A stretch of DNA of 64,000 nucleotides from Octopus vulgaris (GCA_951406725.2 OX597821.1:100378001-100442000), one strand, 5' to 3'. Positions 27,849-43,056 are shown, counted from the stretch's first letter. The notes: generated from the letters alone by a model not told the origin. Numbers and translations: made by a program.

Positions 27849-29351
27849 CAACCACATACCTATCTGCTAACACATACGTGTGAGTTCAAATCTTGCCTTA
27901 TTCAACATTGCTGTTTATCTTTTCGGATTCGACATATAATGTAGAAGTCCAGTAATTGATGGGGTTAATTTTTCTAAACTTTCCCACTTTTTCTTTCTCT
28001 CAGGAAAAAATCGACTGTGTAAAGAAATGCACAGGAATGAACTCCTCCTCGGTGAATATGTCGTAAACACTCCCTATACCAATGAACTAATGTAGCATCT
28101 CTTAGACTCGGTAAGTGGTTAAGGGTCCAAGGGCAAAAGGCAAAACCATACGTATTTTTATTAGGACTATAATAAAGGTAATGCTCGACTGTATTGTCTC
28201 AAGTACTTGATAGGTTTCTTCAGTCTATCAACCCCTGAACAATGAAAATCATACACGATACCAGGGATATTAGAACTAAGAATATAACAGGACGCAAATA
28301 AATAAATTTTGGGCGATGCTCTACTGATTCCGAAAATGCATCTGCCTTGGAAATATTATTAGTAACAGCTCCTAAGATGGCAAGCTGGTAGAATCATTAG
28401 TGCATCGGACAAAATGGTTTAAGACATTCTTCCAGCTCTTTATGGTCTGATTCCAAATACCATCGAGATCAGCTTTACCTTTCATCCATTCCGGGTTGAT
28501 GAAATAACTGCCGATTGAGTACTGGGATTGATGTAATTGACTAATCCCTGTCCCTAAAATTGCTGGCATTGTGCCAAAACTTGAAACCAGTGATGACATT
28601 TTCCATATTAACTAGGAGTGTTGTATTAAGAAATTCGCTTCCTAACCACTTGGTTCCATGGTCAACTGCAGTCTATGGCGATATTGACATGCGTCATCAA
28701 ACATTGCTTCGTTTTTGCTCTAACCATGCGAATAAAACCGGATTGTTTTGTAATTGTACGGAATTTCGTTTGACGGGTATTTGTAATTGGATAGTAGAGT
28801 TACTCTCTCACCAGGTGTAAAAACGCTATCTGACACTTAGATCTTTTACTGGAATTCACGCATTTTGAAAATAATACCACCTACTTTCTTATTTAGCAGA
28901 TTATAATAAATATAAAAAACCTCTTTATTCTATAACAAAGCTGTGAAAATATTTAATCTTTTATTCTATAAAGAACATGGATGTTAGAGAAGTGTATGAA
29001 TTCAAATAATTCGCAAGACAAATGTAGGATAAGTTAGAATACCTTACTCTCCAAATGAAACACTTCGCAGTTTTTCGACTTAACACAACGACATAACAAA
29101 ATATTTCATAATTAAATCCTAATACGGGTACAGAAGTATAAATGAAAGATAATTACTTCCAAATATAAAGAACAAGATACGGTTACTCTTATTTTTTAAC
29201 CTTTTATATTTTCATAGATTGTCGCATTATACAATGTCGTTGACACAAGGCGACCCATCAGCCTTTTGTCTGGTAGCCTGAATAGCAAACACGAGAAACA
29301 CACCGTAGGTACATACACATTCACGTACATACATGTATGTATATATATTGG

Positions 29352-29688
29352 AGGAGACCCCCCTCGATCATGAATGACCATAGGATTGCACCTAGAAAGT
29401 TACCCTCCGAGGCACAAGTCCGGGCAAGGTTTTTATGGAAGGCCAGCAGTCACTCATGCATACAAGCCTCCCCTCTCCACACCACTCATGTTATCCAAGG
29501 GAAAGGCAAAGGCCAAAACGGCTTGGCACCAGTGATGTCGCAACTCATTTCTACAGCTAAGGTAACTGGTTGCAACGTGAAATAAAGTATCTTACTCAAG
29601 AACACAACATGCAGCCCGATCCGGGAATCGAACTCACAACCTCACGATCGCAAGCTCGACGCTCTAACCACTGAGCCATGCGCCTTCA
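29352..29688 (-). mobile_element. SINE family D, full length
   Basis: Minus strand GTGAAGGCGCATGGCTCAGTGGTTAGAGCG...GAGTTCGATTCCCGG...GGTCATTCATGATCGAGGGGG. Confidence 0.85.
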
Positions 29689-29762
29689 CACACACATATA
29701 TACACCCACTCATTGTATATTTATATGTGTATATACGTATATACATTCATACAGACACATAC

Positions 29763-30167
29763 GGCTGTGTGGTAAGTAGCTTGCTAACCAACCACATGGT
29801 TCCGGGTTCAGTCCCACTGCGTGGCATCTTGGGCAAGTGTCTTCTGCTATAGCCCCGGGCCGACCAATGCCTTGTGAGTGGATTTGGTAGACGGAAACTG
29901 AAAGAAGCCTGTCGTATATATGTATATATGTGTATATGTGTGTGTGGGGGGGTTTGTGTGTCTGTGTTTGTCCCCCTAGCATTGCTTGACAACCGATGCT
30001 GGTGTGTTTACGTCCCCGTCACTTAGCGGTTCAGCAAGGGAGACCGATAGATTAAGTACTGGGCTTACAAAGAATAAGTCCCGGGGTCGATTTGCTCGAC
30101 TAAAGGAGGTGCTCCGGCATGGCCGCAGTCAAATGACTGAAACAAGTAAAAGAATAAAAGAGTAAAA

Positions 30168-30168
<1 letters not shown>
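29763..30168 (+). mobile_element. SINE family A
   Basis: Matches the other family A copies. Confidence 0.9.
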
Positions 30169-30225
<57 letters not shown>

Positions 30226-31087
30226 ATGTTTGTATTATATACACATAAATATATGTTGATAGCCACAGACAAAAAAAAATTGTTTGCTAAAAATAAATAG
30301 ATCTTAAATTATAAGTTCAATCATTGAAAATATTTATCGAGTTGGATTTCTAAAAATTCTTCTAAACAATTTAATGGACAAAGAAAAAATGAGTTTATCA
30401 GAGAAATTTAAAAAAAAAGGAGACTAGAAAATACAATGACACATTGAGAACATTATCCCCAAAAATGCATTGAAATATAGATATAAATATATATGTGCCT
30501 GCATATGTTTGTTGATATTTGCATATATACTTACTTATACGTACATACCTACATGCGTACATACCTACAGGACATCAAAAAAACATTGAACACAACGAGA
30601 AACGAATATATATAAAAACAAAAACATAGAAACGAACTTTTTTTTCGAACAACGAAAAAAACAAATAGAGAACCATGCAACATAAAGAATATTCCCCGTT
30701 TTCAGTTCTCCCTCTTTCAACTACTCCGCGTTATGAAGGCAAGGACAATACGCGACTTCGTTGAAACAATCCTTCCCGCAAAGCAAATTAAATAAAATTT
30801 GTGACTTTTTGCGGAGGGCGAAAGTGATAACAAAAGCAGAGCAGTGAGAACAAAACAGTAAAAACAAAAGGTGATGGCTGTTAAGCCAAGACGATAGAAG
30901 ATTTTTCTATGAACGCTAGGAAGACGAGCTTATGAGAGGAGACAGTATAAGAGTGAGAGAGAGGAAACGGTGAAGGGGAGAGGAGAAGAATAGGGAAGGG
31001 TGGGAGATAAAACCAGAAAGGATGACGAACAAGAGAGGGAGAGAGATAGACAAAGAAGAGATAGTACAGATAGAAGAGAGCGCATCC

Positions 31088-31175
<88 letters not shown>

Positions 31176-31276
31176 TGTATGTATATGTATGTATATTCGT
31201 TATTAATATTTAGCAGAAGCAGCTGAGTGACTGAAGGGACTAGAATTTCGTGTGTTAGCAGTTATCCAACTTTTTA

Positions 31277-31345
<69 letters not shown>

Positions 31346-31364
31346 ATATATATATATATGTATG

Positions 31365-31462
<98 letters not shown>

Positions 31463-32087
31463 CATACATACATACATACATACATACATACATACATACA
31501 TACATACATGCATACATGCATAGATTCGTTCGTATATAGTATGTATGTGTAGGTAGTTTGAGAAGCTCAAATTAAGAGAAACTATGGAATATGGATCTAC
31601 ATTATTATTGATTCGGAATATCATATTAAAAGATCTTGCCCAAAAGCGACTACGCGCTGTTCCCTTTACGTAACCACATGAATTTTTTTCCACCATTATA
31701 ATGAAATTTGATTTTCATCAGGCCAAAAGTCCACTCATGCTGAGAGATGTTATACTCCGCCGATAGCCATAATCCACATTTATCAAGAATGATCTTGCAA
31801 TGCATGCAGTGATTAAAAATAACTTATAGTCCCTTCACTTTAGTTTCTGCATTTTAGTTTCTGCATTTTTTAAATATCAATTTCAAATTCGTGCACTGTT
31901 TCTACACAGATTCTCATTCTTGGTGGTTTATGAACGATGGCTTCAGGCCAATTTTAAAGGGGGACTAGGAAGGACCGTTTCGAAAGCCAGCTTAAAAGTT
32001 GTTTTTTTTAAATTCCCGTATCGTTACAAATTGAAAAATTGGTGGTAGGCATCTTTACTCCAAGCCATTATTATTTTATTTTGAGCT

Positions 32088-32158
<71 letters not shown>

Positions 32159-32176
32159 TAATAAAATGCCCTGATG

Positions 32177-32965
32177 CAAGTAGTGTTCAGTATATAAAAC
32201 GACCAGTTACGGTATAATTGAAATATTACTTTATAAAAATAGGGTTCAGTAAAATAATTTACTTTACCACACACCGAACTTTTTAGAAACAGCAGCCAAA
32301 AACTTAGCTATTTCTTCTACTGTAAGAAAAATATCCCAGAAAATGCATACTCAGAAATAACTCACACAGGTATAAGGGAAAAATAACGAAAAATCACATC
32401 TATATCAGATCACCTGAGAACGAGCTTGTTCTGGATTAGTTGACTATAAAGCTCAACACTTCCTTCATCAGCTCAAAGATTTCTTCTGATTTGGATTTGA
32501 AAGTACTAAAAATCAATCATACCCGTCCGGTATGAGTAACACCAGACAAACAATGCCAGACCGCCAGTACCAGCGAATTCAAAAATACAGATTTTTCTTA
32601 CAGTAGAAGAAATAGCTAAGTTTTTGGCTGCTGTTTCTAAAATGTTCGGTGTGTGGTAAAGTAAATTATTTTACTGAACCCTATTTTTATAAATTAATAT
32701 TTCAATTATACCGAAAATGGTCGTTTTACATACTGAACACTACTTGTTAAAATTAATTAATTAATTTTACCCTTTATTATTGACAATATAATTCTCTCTC
32801 CCTAAAAAATGTTTAACTGCAGTTTACCTCTGTAGGAACGTACTACTCTGTAACTCACGTGGGTGGACAGGGACGAATGCAAGGTCTCATTTGTATTTTT
32901 GAATTCGCTGGTACTGGCGGTCTGGCATGGTTTGTCTGGTGTTACTCATACCGGACGGGTATGTT
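32177..32965. mobile_element. Rearranged Penelope-like terminal element with interleaved inverted repeats
   Basis: IR1 ~32177-32331 vs ~32591-32746; IR2 ~32518-32589 vs ~32892-32963; degenerate CTGATGA-AGGA...TCC-AGAAC on the minus strand at ~32426-32472; starts right after (TAA)n. Confidence 0.6.
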
Positions 32966-33059
32966 TGATAGTATCACTACTATATTATATCCCCTTCTTC
33001 CTAGCTCTCCTGTCTGACCACCTCTGTCCAGCCATTGCCATCATTGACCACTAGCCACT

Positions 33060-33228
33060 AAAGCTATTTTTATTCTCTCTCTGTTCATTTCCTCGTGTTC
33101 CTTTCGTTTGAAGAGCGTAGGTTTGAAGAAACGTAAAAGACTTTCTCACTTTCCCAAGTGTTAACCTAATACACCTGTTTGTTGTTTATATACTTGTCTT
33201 CATCTTTTGCTTTTTGTAAATTCCAAGT
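33060..33228 (+). mobile_element. Family H1 element (degenerate core)
   Basis: TTTGAAGAGCGTAGG...GAAACGTAAAAGAC plus the family tail, ending in (TA)n. Confidence 0.6.
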
Positions 33229-33236
33229 ATATATAT

Positions 33237-33359
<123 letters not shown>

Positions 33360-33376
33360 CATACATATATATATAT

Positions 33377-33521
<145 letters not shown>

Positions 33522-34489
33522 TATATTTAGACTAGTTGCTTATAGTTTATAACTTGTCTTCAACTGTTCTTTCCTAACATTTCTGACGATTGCTACTGAC
33601 TGCATAAAATTTAGAGTCACGAATTAGGGGGCACACTTCGAGCATTCTCCTGCAGATCAGCGTCAGCGTGAAGTATAATCCATGCGATGGATTTCTTTAC
33701 CGTTTCCATCAACTAAATTTCAGCCCCAAGGTATTTGTCGAAACGAGAATATACAAAATAGTATTTGCGAACGAGGCCACACGGTGGGATTGAACCTAAG
33801 ACCTCGTTGTTACGAAGTAAACTTCTTAACCATTCGTGGTACCGCTCCCCCCACTACCCCACAATCTTATAAACACACATATGCACACACTTATGTGTAC
33901 GTAAAATTTTTAAAAATGCTATACTTGTGGATGTACCTGTTGGCTTTGTATCAAGCTATTAGCAACTACGTCAGTTGACGATCACCTAAGAGAGTTACTT
34001 TTCTAAAATAATTACTTTACTAGATTATATGCTCACTCTACTAACAAATTGGGAACGCGGAAAATAGTATTACACTTCGCTTTGAACAGGCTCAACAGAA
34101 AGGCAGATGTTTATTCCCTCGGAAATCTATCCAAGAAACTACATCATTCACGAGCTTCAGATCTAGCAATTCTCAAAATAGCCAAAAATGAAGAATATAA
34201 TTCAGTTATTTAACAGAAATATTATATTCCGTAGCATACCAGTAGCGTTTGTGTTGTCATCATATATTTCCAGTTAAAATGCTTACACTCGATGGTAAAT
34301 CGATACTTAGCGAAGGACACGTTTTTATTACGTTATTGCAACATCCTTACATTTTCACATTTTTTTTCCCTGTCGAAAGGGGTTATTAACTAGCATTTAG
34401 GCAATAATATATATCCTCTTCGTGAAATTCGATAATCATCGTCAATAATTTCTAGGAATTACATAATCCTTTTATCATAAACTGGTGAA

Positions 34490-34558
<69 letters not shown>

Positions 34559-34598
34559 ATGTATGTATATATATATATGTGTGTGCGTATTATGTATG

Positions 34599-34655
<57 letters not shown>

Positions 34656-34757
34656 ATATATGCACGCAAATACACAAGGAGCATATGAACATATTCAATC
34701 ATGAACATGCACAAGTGTTCTGTAATGCACAATTATTCTTATACACACACATAAACA

Positions 34758-34921
<164 letters not shown>

Positions 34922-35197
34922 ACTGCTTCGCTCAAGTAAGATCAACAAAAGATGACTTCATCCAGTGGGAGATAAGTATCATTTAATGTACACTCTATTA
35001 GAATAAGACCTACGAACAGTTTCTTGCTATTGAGACACACGGCATGTTGTAGAAAATCTACTTAACCATGTGTCTCAATGGCTAGAAGCTATTGGTCGCT
35101 CTTATTTTAATACGGTGTACATTAAATTATATATATATGCGATAATATACATGCATGTATTATATATATATAGAGAGAGAGAGAGTGAGAGAGAGAT

Positions 35198-35364
35198 GCA
35201 GGAGTGGCTGTGGGGTAAGAAGCTTGTTTCCCAACCATATACCACATGGTTCCTGGTTCAGTCCCACTGCGGGGCACCTTGGGTAAGTGTCTTCTACTAT
35301 AGCCTCGGGCGTACCAAAGCCGCGTGAGTGTATTTGATAAACGGAAACTGAAAAGAAGCTTGTC

Positions 35365-35404
<40 letters not shown>

Positions 35405-35605
35405 TTGTGTATCTGTGTTTGTCCTCCACTATAGCTTGACAACCGGTATAGGTGTGTTTCCGTCCCCGTAACTTATCAGTTCGGCAAAAAATGACCAATA
35501 GAATAATTAGTAGGCTTACAATGGATAAGTTATGGGGTCGATTTGTTCGACTAAAGGAGATGCTACAGCATGGCCGCAGTCAAATAACTAAAACAAATAA
35601 AAGAG
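35198..35605 (+). mobile_element. SINE family A
   Basis: Matches the other family A copies. Confidence 0.85.
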
Positions 35606-35612
35606 TATATAT

Positions 35613-35674
<62 letters not shown>

Positions 35675-35687
35675 TTATATTTATATT

Positions 35688-35739
<52 letters not shown>

Positions 35740-36097
35740 TATGCTTGTGAATATCTTTGCATCTATTTAGATTAAAATAGATATACATTTTTTGCGAATA
35801 CATATATATGCTTACACATATTTGCATGTATATCTGTACACAAACGCACGCACATACACATGCACACGCACAAACACACACACACCCAAACACACATACC
35901 CATACATATAAATAGCAACAAGCGTCAACTCGCCAACTTACATATTTATACGTGCATAAATTACATACCTATATAGGTAAGTATGTACGTCTGCATATAT
36001 GTATAAATATGTACAGTTGTATTGCTACGTGTAATTTAGGAAATTGTTTATATGTATTATGTTCATTCATATGCATGTTAATATACATGCATATATG

Positions 36098-36712
36098 AAG
36101 GCGACGAGCTGGCAGAAACGTTAGCACGCTGGTCGAAATGTTTAGCAGTATTTCATCTCCCGCTACGTTCTCAGTTCGAATACCGCCGAGATCGACTTTG
36201 CCTTTCATCCTTTCGGGGTCAATTAAATAAGTACAAATGCATACATTGAGGTCAATATAATCGACTTAATCCGTTTGTCTATTCTTGTTTGTCCCCTCTG
36301 TGTGTAGCCTCTAGTGGGCAGTAAAGAAATGAGTTACGTTAGCACGCCGGGCGGAATGCTTAGCGGTTATTTCGTCTGCCGCTACGTTCTGAGTTCAAAC
36401 TCCGCCGAGGACGACTTTGCCTTTCATCCTTTCGGGGTCGATAAATTAAGTACCAGTTACGTACTTGGGTCGATATAATTGACTTAATCCCTTTGTCTGT
36501 CCTTGTTTGTCCACTCTATGTTTAGCCCCTTGTGGGTAGTAAAGAAATAGATATTTCGTCTGTCCTTATGTTTTGAGTTCAAATTCCGTCGAGGTCAACT
36601 TTGCCTTTCATCCTTTCGGTGGGATGGGGTGATAAATTGTGTACTGGGGTCGATGTAATTGACTGGCCCCTCCCCAAAAATTTCGTGCCTTGTGGCAAGA
36701 ATAGAAAAGACT
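36098..36712 (+). mobile_element. SINE family B trimer (progressively 5'-truncated tandem units)
   Basis: Meta-like core repeated at ~36190, ~36408 and ~36591. Confidence 0.85.
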
Positions 36713-36823
36713 ATTCATATACACACACATATATATATGTGTGCGTGTGTGTGTGTTTGCCTCATAGTGTTTGACTGCAATATGCGTGCGTGTGTTTATT
36801 CCTATAGACTGTCTATCTATCTC

Positions 36824-36878
<55 letters not shown>

Positions 36879-37670
36879 TATATATAGATATAGATATATA
36901 GATATATATATATATAGATATAGATATATAGATATATATATATATATATATTGATATATATCAACTTAGCAGACAATGAAATTTGGACATAATTGTTCTG
37001 CAAAAGTTGATACAATCGGCGCATTCAAAATGAGAAGAAAATAATATGGCAGAGAGCAAGTGACACAGAAACGAGACTATTGTTAAGATTGTAAGACTGA
37101 TAGCAATTTTTCGAAATCATAATAGCAACACACTGCTTTCTTATGGTGACAAAAAGTTGTTAACAATGCCAATATACTCCATTTGTGTAGTTGTGGTAGA
37201 ATCGTTAGCATACCGGACGAAACGCTTAGCGGAGTTTCTTCGGATTTTACTTGAAAGTTCAAGTCCCGCGGAGGCTGACTTTGCTTTTTACACCTTCGAG
37301 ATCGATAAAATAAAGTACCCATTGAGTTGTGGGATTGATGTAAACGGCTAGTTCCCTCCTCAAAATTCGAACCTTGTAACTATAGTAGAAAGTATAATTA
37401 TTGTTGTTCCCAATGCTGACTATCCTGTGGTTACCCAGATCAACAATGTTCCAGGTATGAGATGAGTTCTCCCCCTCCTCTGCATGGAACCTTGGACAAG
37501 TGTCTTCAAACATAGCCTTGGGCTGACCAAAGCATTGTTTGTGGACTTGGTGAAAGGAAACTGAAAAAGACTGTCGTATATGTTTCACTCTGTCAGTCTC
37601 TCTCTCTCTCACTTTCTCTCTCTCTCCTTCTCTCTCAGTTAGTGTATATATATATATATATATATATATT

Positions 37671-37988
37671 GGTAAAAACGGTAAGATAACAAAAGAAAGA
37701 AAGAGACCTCAATATTATGGAAATAGAGGAAATTTATCTATACAATATTATGTTACAATTACTCAATAGTCAAGATAAAACTTTGAGTTTCAGATGCCGA
37801 AGTGGAAATCCACAACACCATCTCTTCGGTTATCTGGCCATCTGAAAAAACGCTATGAAAATAACGGTATTTTTTCATAGCGTTTTTTCAGATGGCCAGA
37901 TAACAGAAGAGATGGTGTTGTGGATTTCCACTTCGGCATCTGAAACTCAGAGTTTTATCTTGACTATTGAGTAATTGTAACATATTAT

Positions 37989-37990
<2 letters not shown>
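37671..37990. mobile_element. Palindromic short element in (TA)n (Penelope-like)
   Basis: ~113-bp arms (37750-37861 / 37868-37983), near-perfect; each arm carries (C/A)GAAGA-GATG...CATC-TGAAAC. Confidence 0.75.
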
Positions 37991-38040
<50 letters not shown>

Positions 38041-38976
38041 CAGCTCTTTACGTAATGTGGCATAAATGGTTACACAATGGCTCGTGGACTGGTGGGAGAC
38101 TTGCTAAACGTGGCAGTGATCACACCGTTGGTGTTCAAGATAATCGTGGTGGTAGTGGTGGTGGTGGTGGTGGTGGTGGAGGAAGAAGTGGTGGTGGTGG
38201 CGGCGGAGGAGGTGATGGGGTGGTGTTGAAGCGAATTTGATAGTTTGTATTATATTGTAAAATGTCGATGTCTCGAAAACATGAAAAAGCCACTGATTCA
38301 AATGAAGAACGTTGTCTTAAGTGTATTGGTTGAAGGTAAAAAAAGAAATCATCGATGAAGCAGACAGGTAGACAGACAAATGGTGTCATATGAAAAAAAT
38401 ATACAAAATTAGCAAATGGAAGACATAGAGATGGAAAGAGTTGGTGGGGAGAGTGGCTGAGTAGATCGAAGTAAATTAGAACTAAAAACCAATGAGTGAT
38501 AGAGAAAAAAAAGAAGTGTTGAAAGTCAAGAAATAAAGAACTTTAAATAAAGAATGATGGAATGAATGAATATAATAATAAGATTATGAAATACAAGAAT
38601 AAGATTGCGAAATATAAATAGTATTTATATTTTAAAAAACAAATGGGAGCATATTTGAAAGAAGGAAAAAAAGGTACGTATATTATGAGGTGAATCTTAA
38701 AATCGTGAGGAAAACAATAAGAGATTGTTAGAATGAATGAAGGAAATGAATGAAAGAGGGAAAGAAGGGAAGTATTATTGGTATAGTGTTGTAAGAAGGA
38801 GAAAAACGAATTTGAATGAAGAAAGAAAAATGAGAGTTAACGATAATGCAAAAGAGAATGAAAGTATTCAAAGACGGGACGTGAATGAGAGAAGGGAAAT
38901 GAAAAATTGTGTAATATCGTTGTAATTTCTTAAGAGGGTATGAGTGAGAGAGAGAGAGAGAGAAAGAAAGAGAGAG

Positions 38977-39042
<66 letters not shown>

Positions 39043-39552
39043 GAAGAAAGAAAGAAAGAAAAAGAGAAAGAGAGAGGTGGGAGAGTAAAATCTTCTGAAA
39101 ACATCACTTTAGTGAAAATTGTACTCCGGAAGTGAAGAGTTAAAAGCCAGACATTGGTTGGCGACGAAAACTTGATAGTAATATTACTTCGCGAAATAAT
39201 TCTTATAGTTTCATACAGATGAAAGCACATCTGGTCTAAAGTAAATAGCTGTTAATTCCGTTTTTGAACAATAATACACGGTTGGCTACAGGATATTAGT
39301 GTCATGAAAACAACACCAACAACAGCAACAACGTTATTCTTAACAGCATCACTATTTATACTATTACTGTTACTACTACCATATTGTCACCTTCGTCCTC
39401 CCCCTTACCCAGACATCAGCATTAACAACAACAACAACAACAACAATTACAATAACACACAAGGCTTTTTCCGCTGTTAAGCATTATATTTGTTGTAGTT
39501 ATTGTTGTTGCTTCTGTTGTTAGTGATATTGTTCATATTTCCAATAAAATTA

Positions 39553-39934
39553 AGACGGCGAGCTGGCTGGATCGTTAGCGGCACTTCGATCGTCCTTACG
39601 TTCTGAGTTCAAATTCCGCCGATGTCGACTTTACTTTTCATCCATTTTGGGGTCGATAAAATAAGTGCCAACTAGACACTAGAGTCAATATAATTGACGT
39701 GGCACCTTCCCCGAAATTGCTGCCCTGTGCCAATTTTTGAAATCGATATTAACAATAGGCGAAGGAGTGGCTGTGTGGTAAATAGCTTGCTTACCAACCA
39801 CATGGTTCCGGGTTCAGTCCCACTGTGTTGCACCTCGGGCAAGTGTTTCCTACTATAGCTTCAGGCCGACCAAAGCCTTGTGAGTGGATTTGGTAGACGG
39901 AAACTGAAAGAAACCCGTCGTATATATGTATATA

Positions 39935-39965
<31 letters not shown>

Positions 39966-40410
39966 CTGTGTTTGTGTGTCTGTGTTTGTCCGTTTGTCCC
40001 CCTAGCATTGCTTGACAACCGATGCTGCTGTGTTTATGTCCCTGTCACTTAGCGGTCGGCAAGTGAGACCGATAGAATAAGTACTAGGCTTACAAAGAAT
40101 AAGTCCCGGGGTCGATTTGCTCGACTAAAGGTGGTGCTCCAGCATGGCCGCAGTCAAATGACTTAAACAAGTAAAAGAGTAATATCATTAAGGCGGCGAG
40201 CCGGCAGAATCGTGAGTACGCCGGACAAAATGCTTAGCGGCATTTCGTCCGTCCTTACGTTCTGACTTCAAATTCCGCCGTAGTCAACTTCGTCTTTCAT
40301 CCATTTCGGGATCGATAAAATAAGTACCAGTTGAACACTGGGGTTAATGTAACCGATTTACCCCCCCCTCAAAACTACTGACCTTGGGCCAAAATTTGAA
40401 ATCGATATTA
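39553..40410 (+). mobile_element. SINE cluster B-A-B (family A at 39758-40181 between family B copies)
   Basis: Family B at ~39553-39750 and ~40191-40410; family A sits in the tail of the first B copy. Confidence 0.85.
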
Positions 40411-40625
40411 CCAATATCATTATCGTTATATTTAGTATTGTCATTCTTGCTGTTGTTATTGCATTTGTTGTTCAACACTAGGTCAGCCTTCAATCGAACA
40501 GGTCTATATTCAATATCAATCCAATCATGACCATACCATCTTTGTTTATATCTAGGATAACATTATCCAATATTTTCCTTCATTTAAATTATTCTTTCTG
40601 TTATAAGTTGTGCAACTGCGTAGAC

Positions 40626-40758
40626 CAGCGTTTCACAACCGCAGCTCACAGGGCTAATATGATAATTTTTTCTCTAATCGACTTCTGCTAAAAAAAATCC
40701 CCTAAAAAGATCCCTGTTTCAGATCTGGCCTGCATACCAAAATGGTTGGGAACCACTA
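40626..40758. mobile_element. hAT-Charlie (MER5-like) MITE
   Basis: CAGCGTTTCACAACC ... GGTTGGGAACCACTA termini; flanks GCGTAGAC / GCCTAGTT resemble a decayed 8-bp NTCTAGAN-type TSD. Confidence 0.6.
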
Positions 40759-41805
40759 GCCTAGTTTATCTTCAGTTGCTCAGTTTCTTGTTTTTGTTAT
40801 TACTGGTGGAGATAGAGGTAGTTCAGTCCTGAACAAAGACATTCCACCTGTGATCAATACATAATTTTCCTATTTGCAGCCGACTCAGGACATAATAACC
40901 AACGTGTCCATTTTGATTTTATTCTTTTGGCGATATTTTTCAGGCGATATGATGTGAATTGAGAGAGATTTGACTGTTGTTGCTAACAGGTCAAACGACC
41001 ACGTAAAGGTTCTCTCACCGTTTATAGTGATTGGAACTTTTCAAATAAAAACAAACCACATTATAAGGATGAATGTGAAAGAAAAAAACATGACAGATAG
41101 AAGCTACAGCTTTTTTATTTTTAATTTTAAGTAAAAATTTTCTTGTTCTGTACTTTACACGATGTAATAAGTTGTCCTGTACTTTTCCAGGTTTATAAGC
41201 TTAGAAATATAATTTCTCTTGCTTGTATTTTTCCTTGTAATCCATCTTTTTTCCAGACTATGCTATTATGCTAATTAATGTGTCAACTAATTATTTCTTC
41301 TATATTTATCTTGAGCTTCAGTATGTTTTCTTTTCTTCATTTCTTCTTCATCCAATTATTTACCCACCTTATTGTTATTACCCGTTTTATTAATCCCAGG
41401 CCCCGGGTTCAATTCTACCCCACCAATAATGAGTATTAGTAAAATTAAAGCATACAAGCGATATTTATTGTTAAAAATTGAGTGCTTGTTTTGTGTTAAT
41501 ATATAATTATCATATTGAAACAAATTACAACAAAATACGCGCAAAAAATATAATGTGATAATTCATCTTGAAAATATATTAATTAATTAATTCTAAATAT
41601 AACGAATATTTTCAAGATGTAAAAAAAACTTTTTATAAATTGCTAAAGAAATCGTACTATGACCTATATAGTAAGAAGCCTAAGAAGAAGAGAGAAAGAT
41701 GAAAAATGAAAAATAAAGGAATTAACAGCAGGTGATTAAAAGACGGATGTAGATCGTCGATGAAATTATGAATGTGAAAGATTTATGACTGTAAATTGAT
41801 ATACA

Positions 41806-42500
41806 AAAACAATAAAAAATATTTAATTTAATGAGACGAAAACTATAAAATTCCTCGCGGTGTCGTTGATAATTTTTCCTTGTCTCAACGACGTCGGTGA
41901 CATATATGAAAAGTGCCCTTATAGAACTAAATTCATAAAAAAAGTATAGAACTATCACCCTCAAATTTGAGAAACAAACACTCAACTTTTTTCTGTTAGA
42001 ACTTCATTGCATGAGATTGTTAATCGATATAAAAGACAAGAAAAAAATATTTAATTTAACGGAACGAAAACTATGTAACTCCTCGCAGTGTCGTTGATAA
42101 TCTCTTCTATTTCTTTACTACCCACAAGGGACTAAAGACAGAGAGGACAAACAAGGACAGACAAACGGATTAAGTCGATTATATCGACCCCAGTGCGTAA
42201 CTGGTACTTATTTAATCGACCCAGAAAGGATGAAAGGCAAAGTCGATCTCGGTGGAATTGGAACTCAGAACGTAACGGCAGACGAAATACCGCTAAGCAT
42301 TTCGCCTGGCGTGCTAACGTTTCTGCCAGCTCGCCGCCTAGTCGTTGATAATCTTTTCCTTACCTCAATGATGCCGGTGGCATATATCAAATGTCACCTT
42401 AGAATAAAAACGTGTAAAATTATATTATCACCTTCAAATTTGAGAAACAAATACTGATAACTTTCGTTTTCTTTTAGAACTTCATTGCATAAGATTGATA
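41806..42500 (+). repeat. Diverged ~235-bp tandem duplication; second unit split by a SINE
   Basis: AAAAAATATTTAATTTAA...GTGTCGTTGATAAT...AAATTTGAGAAACAAA...TTAGAACTTCATTGCAT occurs twice. Confidence 0.7.
42104..42340 (-). mobile_element. SINE family B, full length, with 14-bp TSD
   Basis: GTCGTTGATAATCT at 42090-42103 and 42341-42354. Confidence 0.92.
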
Positions 42501-43005
42501 GCATGAAATTCTTCGTATTGAGTTCTATCATTTAAGCATAATTAAAATATAGTTTGTTGTTAAAATAAAAAAGTTATTTATACTTAAATTCAATTTTTTG
42601 CCTTATATTATTTTTCATGATATTTACCTCACATCTTTTTTTGATACAAATTTTTGTTGCATGGGAAAAAACTATAAAATTCTTCACGCTTTCTTCTATC
42701 CTTGAAGCTAAGATAAATATATTTTGCTTTTAAAATGAAAAAGTTATATAGATCGAAATTTGAATGGTGGCTTTACTTACTCTCCTATAACGTCGCAACA
42801 AATTTTTATGTAAACTTTTTCTATTGGACCAAATTTCAATATGCTTATGCCAAAATGTAGCTAGGAACTAGTCCTCTTCAAAAATGTTGACGGTTTTGCA
42901 CTTGGTCAAGAACTGAATTAGCGACAAGATCTGAAAGATGCTGCGTGTGAGTAAATTGCGGCCTTAAGAATATTATTCAACTAATACCGTACTTGGATGA
43001 TACAT

Positions 43006-43052
<47 letters not shown>

Positions 43053-43056
<4 letters not shown>

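Noticed and set aside
38055-38389. Gly-, Pro- and His-rich ORFs
   Set aside because: Driven by a (GGT)n tract; no splice or homology support visible.
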